From Styela clava (Eukaryota): a stretch of DNA of 64,000 nt. Under the pieces are notes generated by a model, which was not told where the DNA came from, did not search any database, and saw only the letters and a program-made list of their open reading frames with translations. The stretch covers positions 25,358,001 through 25,422,000 of the forward strand of contig NC_135250.1 in the NCBI RefSeq assembly GCF_964204865.1, given 5' to 3'. Position 1 is the stretch's first letter. Each line of letters begins with the position of its first letter. Positions 39,603-53,570 of this stretch are shown here, piece after piece. The position numbers and the translations under genes were made by a program.

Positions 39603-41863
39603 GTTTCAGAGGTTGGCATTTTAATTGGCTCTTTTAAAATGTTAGACAAATAAAATATTGCTTTGTGAGAATTTTTAATTCTTTGTGTACATGGAAACAG
39701 TAAATTTCTTTTGTGGCCCATGTAGAAATCTGAAGTTGGTTATTCGGCCAACCGACAAAGTGTTGCACATCCCTGTTTTGAGAAAAAAAATTAATTTCGA
39801 AATTACCAGCAAATGCCATGATCCTGTACTCATGATTGGACTACTCACTTATAAGTGTGACTCGTTTGACAATGTTCAAATATATATAAAAAATTATACT
39901 GATCAGAACTTCCCACGAAAGTTTGGTTTCAAAATGCAGCTATCAAAATATCAATATGAACAACCAACCACCATAATTAAGTTGGCGGCTTATAAGGCGC
40001 GGATTGAGGATAAATCGAGGTGTGACCTAGTTAGTGGTAAATCGTTAGACTCAACTACGGCGACATCGTAAGGTCTAATATATATATATAGCAGAAACAC
40101 ATCTAGCAGCGATCCATTATTCAGAACGTTGTTCGGCTCGAATAATAACGCTACAATGCCTCAAAACGAAGCAAACTATTGACTTTTAAAAGTATTAAAT
40201 TTGCATCCAAGGAACTGGGAATTATTGTTTCTCACCAAATCACCAGCCTCGAATGTCTTTGGGAGATTGATTTGCGAGGCAACTGAATTTTGTATATATA
40301 TATATATAATTTATGAAATGCAGACATACTAAACTAACTGTATTCTATATATACAACATTAATATGACCTAATGGAACATGTTTTTATATCGAATATTGG
40401 AATGCGGAGTAGAAATAACGTTTCCATATTTTCGTTCCCAAAGGTAACGTTGCTCAAATTGCTGAGAAACAACTTTTTCCTGTCATTCTTATTCCACGTC
40501 TGCATATCATTACAAAAGATTTGGAAGAATACGTACACAACACAGGGGGGTATTACACGACGCTGTCGATAGTTTTACAACCCAATATCACCCAAAACTT
40601 TTTATTTGGCCGTAAAAAAAATTTAACGCACATACATATACATTTAGATGGAGAAGGCATCCTAGCAGTTCGTGATGTCATTTTGAAATGAATTGCAGTA
40701 AGGGCGTGTTTAGTAGATGGTTTTGCAAAAAATTCTACCTTTCATTTTGATAAACAAACAAACTTCCCGAATTTGCTATTTTGATCATTTCAACTCATGG
40801 CCTTATCTATAAATATCTTTCTTAAACCTTCATATTCTAGATACGAGCCACAAGCTTGGTCATTATGTTCAATCAAAATGAATAGACTCAATGACGGTAT
40901 TACAAGAGATATAAAGTTCAGCTGTTACTAATAATATTATTATACTTATATCTGTACAAATATATTTAGATATAAAAAGGAAAATCAGCAAAGTTAATAG
41001 AGCGATACAATAATGCAAATTATTCAATCAACATATTTTCATTATTCAGCAAAATACGAGGGTAATAATTACAGTTATCAAATTAATGTTGTAAAATTAT
41101 CAAGTGTATTTATGGAAATATTTATAATCAATATGTTAGATAATTTGTCCAATAGAAGGTTTGAAATTGAGCGATGATTTGTCGTATTTGAATCAGATTT
41201 AAGTTGATAAATTCAAAAAAAAATCACATACCAAAAAGTTATGCTATGAATATGTTAACAGTCTCGTTAAAAGCTCAGCTTACAGGGCTTTACTTACGCA
41301 ACTCAGTGTTTGAGATTCTCTATTATCAACTAGTGACGATTTGTAATATTCTGGCAGAAACCCATGGCCTGTGAAAGGGGGGTATTTTAGCAATTATCAA
41401 ATTATTAAAAGACTTATAGTTTATTTGTAGTCAACTTTTAAAAATGCATATTTTTTTTCTTAGACATGAAAACACGACAAAACGTTTCTTTATTACATTT
41501 ATCAGGGCTAGAAATATAATTTACAATAGAAAATTAGTGAACTTTTCAACTGAAGCTTTTTGTTGTTGTATTATAATAGAATACACAGACTTAATAGAAT
41601 AAACAATTCATTCATGAAAATGCATGTTTTTGACATAACCTGCAGCGTTCAATGCACACTAAGTGAGCAAGTGAAGAGAGACCGGAAATTGCTTGGTCCG
41701 GCTGTAATATGAAGATATCGATCGACATTAACATGACTGACTGCTGTATAACAGACAAGCCTTTGTATGTATATTGAATGTTTTATAAAAAAAACATGGT
41801 TCAATTTTTTTTTGCCATTTCGTGGTATACAAATAAGTACCAGTATTGCACAGCTGAAGGCCA

Positions 41864-44800
41864 TTAGGCGTTGTAAGTTTCATAAGCTGTTTCCATTTGT
41901 GCTTGCTTTGTTGTCGCAGGAAGAGCTTCTTCGTAACAGGTAGTTTCTTGTAGCACATTTGAATATGGTGGTTTGAAAGCTGGGTCGTTGTGAGGAGTTG
42001 CTATATAAGTTTAAAAAAATGTTTAATTGAAAAATTCCAATTTGATTTAATTTGAATAATTGATAAGAAATAAAATTTATGTATACAAATGGCGCGTAGG
42101 TAGATTCTTTCAACTGTTTCATAATCTTTATTTTCTGGACTTGGAAAAAAATACAAACAATGTGAAGAATAACGTTTGTATAGAGACTTTCTGTACTACT
42201 GGACTGAAATACCGAACCATTCTCTGTCATATTTTAGCAATATAATATGATCACGACCCCGAAAATGGCATTTAATTTATATGTTTTAGACAATTATTCC
42301 CATGCTCTTCCAAATTTGTTTATATGTATGTCCACACATTTTGTCATTGCCAAAGGAAAAAATAACTGGAGAATATCAAATTTACTTATTTACAGTTAAA
42401 AATGATCAATGGGTTGATCAGAACTATTTTTGTATAAAACGGAGATTTTTAAATCTGCATTAATTCTCAGTACCTTTTACTTGTATAGTTTCGTAATTAT
42501 GTTCTTTCGTTTTAGCATTTTTCTTCAAAATCTTTATCTTCTTCATCAGTTTGTATATGATTAAGGCAAACACTACGTAGAAGGTCAAAGGAATTAGAAA
42601 ACCGATCATAAAACTGATGATGTTGAATTCGAACGGTTTCTTTTCTAAAAAATTACATTATTTTAACAAAAACTCAAAATTAAAGTATTCCCCTATATTA
42701 TTAAAGGTTTTAACAAGCATAAATCATCGCTTGTTGAGGGAAATGACATAATCATCATTTCTAAAATGAACATTTGAATGACATTAATCCCGAATTGAAA
42801 GAATAGTTTTCTGAACAATATATATTATAGTGCATGATTCCCAAACTTTTATTTTTTATTTTTGAAGAATATGTTTCACATCAGCTGGAGTCTGCTACAA
42901 TCATAAGTCACTGTCCTAAAGTTTTGATTGGAAAATTATATAGTTCTCAAAACATAATCATTTAGTTTCCTTTTCCCTTGAAATATTTCCTGAAACTTAA
43001 TACCGATTAAGGTTTTAGACGAAATCATTAATACAGTATGGTTTATACAGTTCTTTTAATATCGGTCAATTAAAACCAAAGAAAACGTATCAGAAAATTC
43101 TAACATCTCGGCCCATAAACGAGAATTAGAACCTAATTTACCAAAATCTCTACAATTCCAGTTCCTCATAAATTTCATTTGAGTGATTGAATTCTCAATC
43201 ATCACTTCCAATTTAGTTTGATAAGGATAAAAATTTGAAGGCGTAATTAGTGAATCCAATTTATACCTGTTGGATTTCCCACACAAGTACCTTTGACCAG
43301 CCAAACGCAGTTGAATATTTTCATCGTAGCGGAATAGTTACGATTTGGTTCTGGCTGAAATAAATACCAGGACGATGACGTCACGTTTATTAGTTTCGTG
43401 TCCGTCTTCACGTTTAAATTACGAGAGGAAACCGGGGTTGAAGTTAGATTCAGTACCTATAAATCAACAGATAAAAATTTGCCTCGTGAATACTCATGTT
43501 GTTGTACCGACTTCTGCAATATATATTCGTTATATTCTTCCCTGAAAATGCCTTGTTGGTGGATAAAAAAAGATCTTAAAGCTAGTGCAAACGACCCAAA
43601 TTTCAACTTGATATGAATCAAATATAAAATACAGTATTGTAAAATCTATACATCATATTCGTTGACAAAGACAGATAGAAATACGTTCGTTAGTAATTGT
43701 GTGGCTTTGTGATAAGTCAGAATTTCACGGTACGGATAATTTCTAAATTCAAATTACATATACATTTAGCCCAATCTTTGAGGAAAAGTGTTTCGTCATT
43801 CATGAATGCAACAAGTGACTTACCACAGTATATGAATCACCACTCTCTGTCTTGTTAGATAAGATCCAAGAGATGACGCAAGTTTGCATATTTTGGTACT
43901 GAGTAATAGATGACGATTCAACAGATAAACTTACTCCCCCTGTTGTAGCACTTTGGGTGGTGGAATATTTGGTTGTGCAATTATCTTTTGTTACACATGC
44001 AGTTATCTGACAAGAAGGGATTTATGAATACATTGAACTCAATCGGACATCAGCTAAGCGACACAAAAAAATTAGCGGCAAAAGCAAGATAAGGAAATGC
44101 ACCGAATAAAGGGGCGAAAGATTTAACGCAGCAACAATACCAATAAAAACATTAGGTATGTATTCACTATGAGCACTATTTCAAACATAAACTGTCGGAT
44201 CCGGATTTTACGCTTGATAGTGAAAATATGAGTGTTCAAAAGAGCAAACCCTGCTTCAAACGTTAGAGTGATTCGAATAGAGACACATTCTGCCAAAATA
44301 GTCGCACAGAATAGGTGCGGAAAAAATTAATAGGTTTGTGAACAATATGATGAAATATTTAATATTGCTTACTTTGATTTGATAGGTTGTGGTGGGCGAC
44401 AAACTGGTTATTGTTGTTGACTGTTTCTCAGATGTTTGTGAATCCACCCATCTTATTGAACCACCAGAGGTCGGATTTACTTCTATTCTGTAAAACCGAA
44501 GTGAGTTTACACTGACATTAATGCAGGAAACGAGTAAATAATAATCATCCATGTAGCCCATTTTCTCTTTGGGTGAATAGTTGTAGATGTGCATGAAGAA
44601 TCATCGGACCTTTATATAATTTAGACAATTTGCTTCTACGCTGTTTAACATTATGTATGACTGGTATCGGTGTATCGGGTTGTGACCAGAGTGCTGAACT
44701 CACTCGCGCTGACGGTGCAGAATGACGAATCGGGTTCAATCCTCATATCAACATTTTACTAATAGAGGTGATAATTATGAAAAAGCAAACGGAGCAGCTC

Positions 44801-47057
44801 CGCTCTTTATGTTGCGGGACACTACAATAATTACTATAAAAATGGCCACAGATTTTGATACATTGTTAAGCTACTCGTATGCTTGGTGAAAAGGGGTGAG
44901 ATATGACAAAATCTTGCAATCAACGCCTGAGTATTCATAAATATAGACTCACTTATGTGGGAATCCAACAGCATTTTTATGTGGTTGCCATGAGATGATC
45001 AAGTTAGAGTTACAGATTTTATTTGATATTTCATAAATTGTGGGTTTTCCATTCACTGCAAAGTAAATAAAACAATAATGTTAACGAACGGGTACTGATA
45101 GATGAGCTTATATTTATTTAATTACCTTCATATGATACTGTTTTACTTTTCCAAGTTTGGCCAATTCGAAAACGGCAACTATACGATCCCGCGTCTGCAA
45201 TATTTGCGTTTTGAAGATTCAATGTTGCTGAACCTGTTTGTATCGTTTGATAAACTATACTTGTATTTTCATTCGATACTTTGTTGGATGCTTTATGCCA
45301 TTCAACTTGTGTTGCAGTGCTGCAGTTTGTTGCAGAGCACATTTTTTGATTGCCGTTGTTAGTTTGTATTTCAACAAGAGATCCTCCGAATTCTGATGCA
45401 GAACGTTTAAAATTTGTCATAAATGAGACAAATTGATTTATGGAAGGCTTGTTTATTTTCATTGCTTCCTGTTAGCGGGTACGCTGTACATTAGAACCAT
45501 CTTAAGTATTTTCATACCAATCAGAATTGATGAATTTTTAATGAGTTTATTAAAAAAAATAGAAAAGGCCATGACAAGTCCTAATAATTATCTTTTTTCT
45601 TTTGTCGTTTTTAATTTTATTTATTTTCTTCTATTGCTATAATAGGCAGTCAGTGACACCAACTTCCGTATATTAAGTCGAACGAATAAAAATCTCAAAG
45701 TTACCTTTTTGACAAATGTAGTAAAAGTTTCCATCACAAGATACATCAACCCACTGGTACCACTCTCTGCCAACTGATAAACAGTCTTCATCGCCGAGAC
45801 TGTGGCTCCCGCCGTTGGGTTGATTACCTCTCCTGTAATATTTAAAATCACGACTACTCACTTTATGAAGAGAAAAACAATAATACAATCGTTTCCGAAT
45901 TGTCTATGTTTTCAAATTTTTGTAAATAAAAGTAAGAAACAAACCAGTTTTGGTATCCTACTTCTCCTCTCATTATCACATCAGAACCATCCTGCCATTT
46001 CCAATCTCCCTCGTTAGCTCTGTCATTTCCACCGATATAAAACGTGTTTTCTTCAAATTTTATTCTAGGAATATATATTTCTAATTTGTTTTATAAAGGC
46101 TTGCTTTAGAGAACTTCGACAGAAGAATTTAAATGCCCCCTTATTCGCTAAAACCTATGTTTCACAGTCCATAAGCAGAAAAGACGTTTTGAATAGTACG
46201 TGCCCAATTCTTCAGTTGCAGTGCTGAAAGTCCATTCGATCAGAGACTTAACCAGGGGGTGATTTTGGGAGTCGGACCCCCATTTGAAATGTAAAAAATA
46301 AAGAAAAAAACAATTTTTTTGTGTCAAACATAGCAGCTTGAAACACTTGTTAGACCCCCAAGACCCATGAAAACACACGTTTCCTGTCGGACCAGCCATT
46401 GGTATGTTATAAAGAGGAAATTCGAAATTTCAGACCCTACCCCATCAAATTCCTGGCTACGCCCCTGCATTCAATTGTAATTCATATTATAAATAGCTTC
46501 GACATAACAAAAATATTTTTTATCAACTCACGGGAATGCTGAATTAATGACTGTCGTTATTCTCTCATTATCAACTTTCGCCAAGTAACCTGCCAATCCT
46601 TCACATGAAGATTTTGCCTTGTTGTAGGTTTTACGTTGTTTGAAGAAAAGAAGTTCAAACCCATCAACACACTCTTTCTTCCAAGGATCTTAGTACGAAA
46701 TATTTGTCATTTATATATATCTTTTTTAATATTTAGCAAAATTTATTATAACACAACTATTTGTTTATTAACATTTTTTAATAGGTTGAGAGTAATGGCC
46801 TCATTAATTTTAAAAACTGATCAAATATATTGTGTTCCTCATGCAAAAGAAAATTGTTACAATGAAAACATATATCTTAGTGATAGTGTTGACAAAACAA
46901 AATTATACTTTTTCCAACTATACAAATCCTATTCCTAAACAAATTGTGTGAACAAGACATAAACAAATGTTTTAGTTACAATACCTAACTTACCTTGACC
47001 TGAAACACTTTTACTGATAATCAAAGCAATAATCGCAGAAACCAACCTAAAGTTCAT
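41864..47057 (-). CDS. Receptor copy C: CTLD(QPN, longer loop)-Ig-FN3-FN3-TM-tail with one repeat unit; 11 exons, 544 aa
   Basis: Exons 47057-46994, 46688-46532, 46064-45945, 45832-45705, 45392-45126, 45055-44953, 44487-44373, 44006-43824, 43456-43267, 42644-42474, 42000-41864. All GT-AG; 1635 nt; ends ..PYSNVLQETTCYEEALPATTKQAQMETAYETYNA*. Confidence 0.9.
46241..46467. mobile_element. hAT-type MITE in intron 2 of copy C
   Basis: Ends CAGAGACTTAACCAGG / CCTGGCTACGCCCCTG; TSD CATTCGAT / CATTCAAT. Confidence 0.7.
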
Positions 47058-47899
47058 TTTTATTATCTAAACGACACTTTTTTAACATTTATGGTGAACT
47101 AAAATATAAAAGCATGAATTTAAACTCTCTTTCTGATTGTATTCTTGATTTTTCAATTAGCATAATTGCAATCGGTAAAATTTATTTTATTAAAATCCGT
47201 TACTATAAAAATAAATTTAAAACAGTAGAGCAAACTCCATAAATGCGCTCTACTCCCCATTTATGATATACATAAGTTTATTAGTTTTTATGTTAATCAT
47301 AAACAATTGACTTAACGTATTAGCTCAATGTTTATATTTGTGGTGAGTTACTCTAACATTACTTCAATCAAGCTATCATACTAGAACCAACTTCATTATC
47401 TCATTTCTATAATATGTGGCAACATCAATGACGCGATTTTGATAATTGAGGGGAATTATCAGAACAAAAAATATTGTTGAAGTAATCTTGGAATAACAAA
47501 AAATGACACATCTGCAATTTGTGATCTCATTTCATTTCCACGAATTACTATGAAAATCATAAGCGTTTGCCCTCGTTTCTATACGGAACACTATAGCATA
47601 TTTGTACTGATTACCTTCGCAAAAATCTTGACTAAGATGTTCTGTCAGCAATTCAACGAATATTGAACCCCTGATACCTATTAATAAATGCTAGCATTCA
47701 TCACTAATTTCTAAAAAAAAACAATACCTATTGTTTTAAACCCAGGTCGACAATTAGAGTCATAGTATCACATTATTGGTGATGCTCGTGATGCGTGGGC
47801 AGGATAGCTGAGAACCAATCATTTTCTCACTGTTGAAATAGCAACGTTGGGTTATGTGTTGTCTCCTGGGTATCTATAGTGTAATAAAGCTTCGAATAA

Positions 47900-48620
47900 G
47901 CCTGCATTTGTAACGCTTACTTAGGTTATATGCATAAACAAATTTGTTAATCCGTTACCAGATGTTTTACTCATTTCCAGTTATTTATATACAGCTTTGT
48001 TCCCGTATCCCTCTCGTTGGCTGCGTCATATCCATCTGTATAAAACTATTGCAAAACTATTATTATCATTTTGTATGCTAGAAATACACAAAACTATTTT
48101 TTATTATTCCAAAGCAAGGACCGGAGTGTTTAATTAAAACTGAGAATAGTAATTATAGAACAGTTTGTGAGAGACCACCGGCGTGCTGAGACATATAATC
48201 ACGGTTGTCTTGTTACAAAGATGTCAGTTGACAGAACTTGATACAAGACGTTGAACAATTCCAGTAAACAGTAAAACAGCAAAATAAAATAATAATAACT
48301 ACATTCATCCCGGACATGTCCAACAAATTACAAAGCGTTAATTTCCAAATGCAAACGTTTTTCAACGTGCTACCCACACTTATGTTACTTCCACATTATT
48401 ATTTGTAGCCTACATCGCATCTTCACAAATCTTCACTTCATACTGAAAATAATAACATGTTCTAAGTAGCAAGCGTTGTTATTGTATTGACATCTCGGAT
48501 GACGTTGTAATATTACACGTTATTAAAAGGCTGATTGAATGCTATTGGGGAAATGAAATCACTTTAGCAAGCTCGTACGCTTATATTGCTTTCGTATATA
48601 ACAATGCAATTACAAACTTC
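47900..48620 (-). pseudogene. Decayed receptor remnants (intron 3, CTLD exon 3, intron 2, upstream region)
   Basis: ~48000-48080 resembles exon 3 (TAG|CATACAAAATGAT..TTTTATAC..GCCAACGAGAGGGA); 48290-48620 resembles 6650-7050. Confidence 0.5.
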
Positions 48621-49300
48621 GTCATCCTTGGTATTCAGATATGATCTAGTTTCTGTCATTGGCCTCGATAATCACTGAATTGATTTAATTGAAAAGTTGG
48701 GAAAAGGCGTGGATGCGTCGTAAAAAGCTGGTTGGAATTCAAAGAACTCGATTTCAACTCTGATTATGAAAGTTGTAGCAAAGCAAAAGAAAACACATAA
48801 GGTATTAGAGAAAATACTGTTCTTCCGGAATAATTCTTATAAGAATGGAGATTTGCAGAATGAAATACAAATTTACACAAACAGGCAATCACTAAATTGC
48901 TGTAGTCGGTGCCGAAACTGGCAGTAGACTTTTCCGCCTAGACTCCAGAACACTGCTTTACAGACCTTAGCCATTTCGAAGCCAATTCTTAACATCAAGT
49001 CTTGTACAAATTCTGGTCATCGGAGCGTCTGGTCGGTCAGAAAACGCTTTTGTTTGTCGGGCAATATAGAACAACGTTCAGAAATATTGTATAACACAAA
49101 AACCAATCAATAATTGAATTATAAAAAGAAAAAACCTCAAATATATAAAAAAAAATAACACAAAAACGAAAGAACAGTGCATATGCAGCAAACAATATAA
49201 TATCACGGGGTCGCTAAAATCTCTCTTACAATGCCAAGTGATTTAAAAATCTCTAGGGACGATTTGCAAAATAGAAAATGATAACACATACTCTATGATA

Positions 49301-49989
49301 TTAGTAAGCTGATTCCCCTTGTGTTTAGGTAGCTTTGGTAGAACAAGCTTCTTCGTTTCCTGTAGTTTTTTGCATCACATTCGAATATAATGGGTTGTTG
49401 GAAGGAGTTGCTAATTGGTTGAAAAACAAATTTAAACAATTCCAATTAGATTTAATATATTGGTGTAATGGACTAATATCGAACCAATCCTATTTTAAAT
49501 TTTAGTAATTTAAGATGGACATGTCTCTCAGATGGGCATTCACATTTATTTCATTATGAAAATTTTCTTGGGGCTTTTCAAATTTGCAAATCTCCGTGTC
49601 CTTATATTTATACATCAATAACCTACTAAACTTTTTAAATCTCACTAAAGTTCATTTCATGGTATTATAAATAAATTGAAGATACAAATTTGATTGCGAC
49701 CATATGTTGTTGTAATTACAATATGAATATTTATTTATTTTCTTGAGTAGTCATAAAACTATTTGGTTATATAGGAACAATATTTTATCCAGGGAATAAT
49801 GCTTTTCTGAAAAACAATTATTCTAAGTACCTTTTTCTTTTATAGTCTCGTGATTGTGTTTTTTTGCTTCCACATATTTTTCTTGATTATTTATTTTATT
49901 CATCAATTTGTATATGATCCAGGCAGGGACTAGCAGAAAGATCAAAGGAATAAGAAAACCGATCACGAAACTGATGACGTTGACTTTTT
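49301..49989 (-). pseudogene. Orphan TM + tail fragment F of the receptor family
   Basis: TM exon 49989-49831 is open (NVISFVIGFLIPLIFLLVPAWII..HNHETI). Tail exon 49410-49301 has a premature TAA. No ectodomain exons upstream. Confidence 0.82.
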
Positions 49990-51837
49990 CTAAAAAAACA
50001 TATTACTCTGAATTCCAGATTATCTTGAAGCGCTTTGAGTCCAATAAATATTGATAAAATTGGCAAAAATCATATTCTTCAAAAATGGTCGCTGATCATT
50101 ATTTTCAAATCCGAAAAGATAGTGAAGGAGGCGAGCGTATTCCTAACACTCAGCCCGATGAGTCACACCGCCGCGTTCCTCTAATTTACAACAAAATTAT
50201 CAATTTCGATAACTTACTAACGCTACAAATATTTTTATTATGTATTTATCATGTTCATAAATATAAACCCTCTCTCCTTTTGTAATTGAGGAAACATTGT
50301 CATTAAAAAGAATGCATCGCATTCACTTGTCAATTTTTGATATTGTTAGATTTTACGCTTCCTGCTATACGATATTTGTCATATCTAACCTCGGGATTGA
50401 AGAATACGACAAATGAAAAAGTTTCTTGAAGTTTGTTGATAATGGCGTAATTTCTTTTTGAATTTATTGTTGTCAATCTTTTGATGACAGGAGACTATTT
50501 GTTCAACAGAAAGTTGACTTAGAAGAAAAATGTTTTAATCCATAATTACTTTTTGACATTTTTTTTATATCTATTCCAGTATTTTTATCATTCGATTTGT
50601 TAATTGCAGCGAATTATTTATCGAGATATCATCTGAATACAAGTAAAACTGTTTTTTTTTTTTTTAATTGGGACAAAACTGGCTCAACGGCAATATTAAC
50701 TGGCGTTAATCATTTAAATGAATTTTCAGGGTCAGTTGCAGAAAAGGACAATCACTATATGTCCTGATTTGTTTGCAAACGAACATTTATGTAATAAAAA
50801 ATAAATGTGTGACTGAGTGTAGCTCTATATAACAAAACAAATTTCTTACATTTAATATACGTAGTATTTAATCCATTCATTAATTTTTTTTTTCATAACG
50901 AAACTATTAATTCTCTAATTATTTAATCACAATTTATCATGCAGTTTTTCCAAATTTAAAAAAGTTAAAAATAATCAGACCGAAATATTAGATTCGAAAC
51001 ATTCTGATTTGAAATTTGATTCAAAAATGAAATATTCGAAAATTACATCCCTATCTTTGTTCATGAGATCTGCTTTGCAACATCCAAGAGATGAGCTTGT
51101 GAGAAATGATCCGAGATTAAATTCTAAAAAATCCAAACACGTACAAAAAAGTATCAACATATGCTATTCATTGTAAGTACACGGTTCTTAGTTTTCTTTG
51201 TGATAAATATCAGTCATTCAGAAATTAAATGTACAGGACAAGGGACCGTTATCGCGTGGTATATTGCCCCCAATCGTCTTCGACTGTGTATAGATTCAGA
51301 CAGAAGTTCTTTTTTACTTCATTTATTATTTAACACACCAATTCCTTCTTATGGTATTGCTTTTGGAATAATATTAAAAATTTTGAATCGTCAACAATAT
51401 GCTTCATTCTCTAACATTATCGTTTTATATACGGAATACAGTTGATTTGGTATTGTATAACTATTGTGCAAAATTAATCAACGTAATTGTGGGTGTAAAA
51501 GCAGGATATTATATTGGTATTAATTCGTAGTTAATATTGTGAGTTGTCCAAGCTGAGCAGTTGAGGAAAAATTACAATTACAATTGAAGCCGGGTTTTAA
51601 ATTTTCGGTTCGACACCAGTTCCGGACTCGAAGGAAGAAATTATATTTTGAAAACTTCATCGTATACAAGCCTACGTCAATACAATGTTAAGAACAATTA
51701 TGACCTAAATGTGTTTTTGGTTTTCAAAGAAAAATCAGTTTCTATTTGAAATTCCGACTCCAGGGAATTAGAAAGTTGAACTCCGGATTCTGACAGTTCA
51801 ATAATACGATTTAACACTCAAGCTACTCAACGTTGGG

Positions 51838-52225
51838 TACTCCTGAAGTATGCGCACCAAGATGTCGCATAACCTGAACCCCAACCTGGTACACAACCTG
51901 AGTTCAAGTTGTGCGCCCTCTTGGTGCGCATACTTCAGGACAGTGTTCCCTCTAAGGTGTGCGCGTGTGCGCGCGCACACAACTTTCAGAGGCCGCGCAC
52001 ACGCATAGATTTACTGCGCACATACGTATTTCGATGTAATGTAACAATGTTCTCGGTTGGCAGGTTGAGAAAGTTTGTTGTTGGCGCCCCTATTACCCGG
52101 TTAGAACGCCAAAATTTCTTCATTGGTTTTGCACAAATATTAGTCATTTCCAAAATAGTGCGCACACACCAAAATTTCTGCGCACACATACTACAAACAA
52201 TTAGAGGGAACATTGCTTCAGGAGG
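51838..52225. mobile_element. ~100-bp palindromic MITE interrupted at its end by a hAT MITE
   Basis: CTCCTGAAGTATGCGCACCAAGA ... TCTTGGTGCGCATACTTCAGGA(G) inverted pair. Confidence 0.7.
51941..52215. mobile_element. hAT-type MITE (275 bp)
   Basis: TIRs CAGTGTTCCCTCTAA / TTAGAGGGAACATTG; perfect 8-bp TSD CTTCAGGA at 51933-51940 and 52216-52223. Confidence 0.92.
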
Positions 52226-53570
52226 TTCCAAAGTTGTTTTTAAAGTGTTCAGAAATTTGTTTCACATTTCATCATATAAAGTGTATATTATAAACAGAAG
52301 ATATTCTCCCGTAAAATACTTTCCGAAGGGGGTAGGCGCATTTACGCATGCAATCTGTATCAAAAGTTTCTCTTTGATGAGCTGTTTTGATTTGCTAATA
52401 TATGATGCGGGTGTTAGACTGATCTTATTTATCCGGTGGAATAGATTTAGGAATCATTTCATTTCTGAACGATTGCAATTCTTCCAAACACAATGCTCCT
52501 GTCCTGTGTGAACGCTTATATAAAGTTTTTGTTGTGTTGTGAAAGATCATTAACAAAAAAACAAAACAAGGTTCTCACTTTTTATGTGTGAGTAAGAAAT
52601 AATATCGTAGGAGTGACAAGACTGTTGATTGAACATAGAGACGTTTACTTTTTGAAATTTATTTAGCCTAATAATGATTTGTCGAAAATGAGAGGGGTCC
52701 AGTGTAGGATGCGTGGATACCGAGAGTGACGTAGATAAACAAATAATTCATGGTTTTCATAATATGAAATTATGGCTGCAAACACAATCACAGCTGCATT
52801 AACGTTAACACATAAAAAAGTGACTCTTTCGTGTGACTTTATGCTATTGAATAAGATATAACTGAATCATGCGCACACAATTCATTATGATTGAAGTAAT
52901 GTTGATTAAATGTTTATTTTGGCATGAGTAGACAACTATTTTGGTATTGTGGTTGGAGGTAATGAATTGATTCAATGCACAATTGAAAGAAATAATAATA
53001 TTACTTATTTATTGTATGCAGAGTGGGTGTTAAGAAATGATGATGATAACGTTAGCTGACAGTGCTGAAATTTTTTAAAATGTCATTGCAGTTTTCATAT
53101 ATATCAGTATTCCGTGGTGTCGTCCACTGTGTCAGGGTACTTCCGTGAAAAAAACGATGAATTGCTTCTTGTAATTTACAATTTGACAGTTCTATTGATG
53201 TTACCATATATTGTAGAAAAAAAATAATGGATATGTTTGTCTTAGTATGATATCTTGATTAAAGTCTCGTCAGAGTAACTCACTACAAATATAAACAGAG
53301 AGCAGATACGTTAGGCCAATTATTTATGATTAACATAAAAACTAATAAACTTATATATATGATAAATGGGGAGTAGAGCGCATTTATGGAGTTTGCTCTA
53401 CTGTTTTAAATTTATTTTTTATAATAATGACTTTTGATAAAATATATTTTATACATTGCAGTTATGCTAATTGAAAATCTAAGAAAATATAATCAGAAAG
53501 AGAGTTAGAATTTAGGTTTTAATATTTGAGTGTACCATAAATGTGAAAAAGTGTTGTTCAGATAATAAAA

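Noticed and set aside
39685-40071. 128-aa ORF
   Set aside because: No recognisable motif or splice-supported context.
44670-44745. B-box-like GGTTCAATCC suggesting a tRNA
   Set aside because: No cloverleaf can be folded; at most a decayed SINE head.
51161-51445. 94-aa ORF with a signal-peptide-like start
   Set aside because: No recognisable domain, paralog or supporting exon structure; hydrophobic ORFs are common in AT-rich DNA.
51909-52511. 200-aa ORF
   Set aside because: It runs through two nested MITEs, starts at a non-ATG codon and has no recognisable domain.
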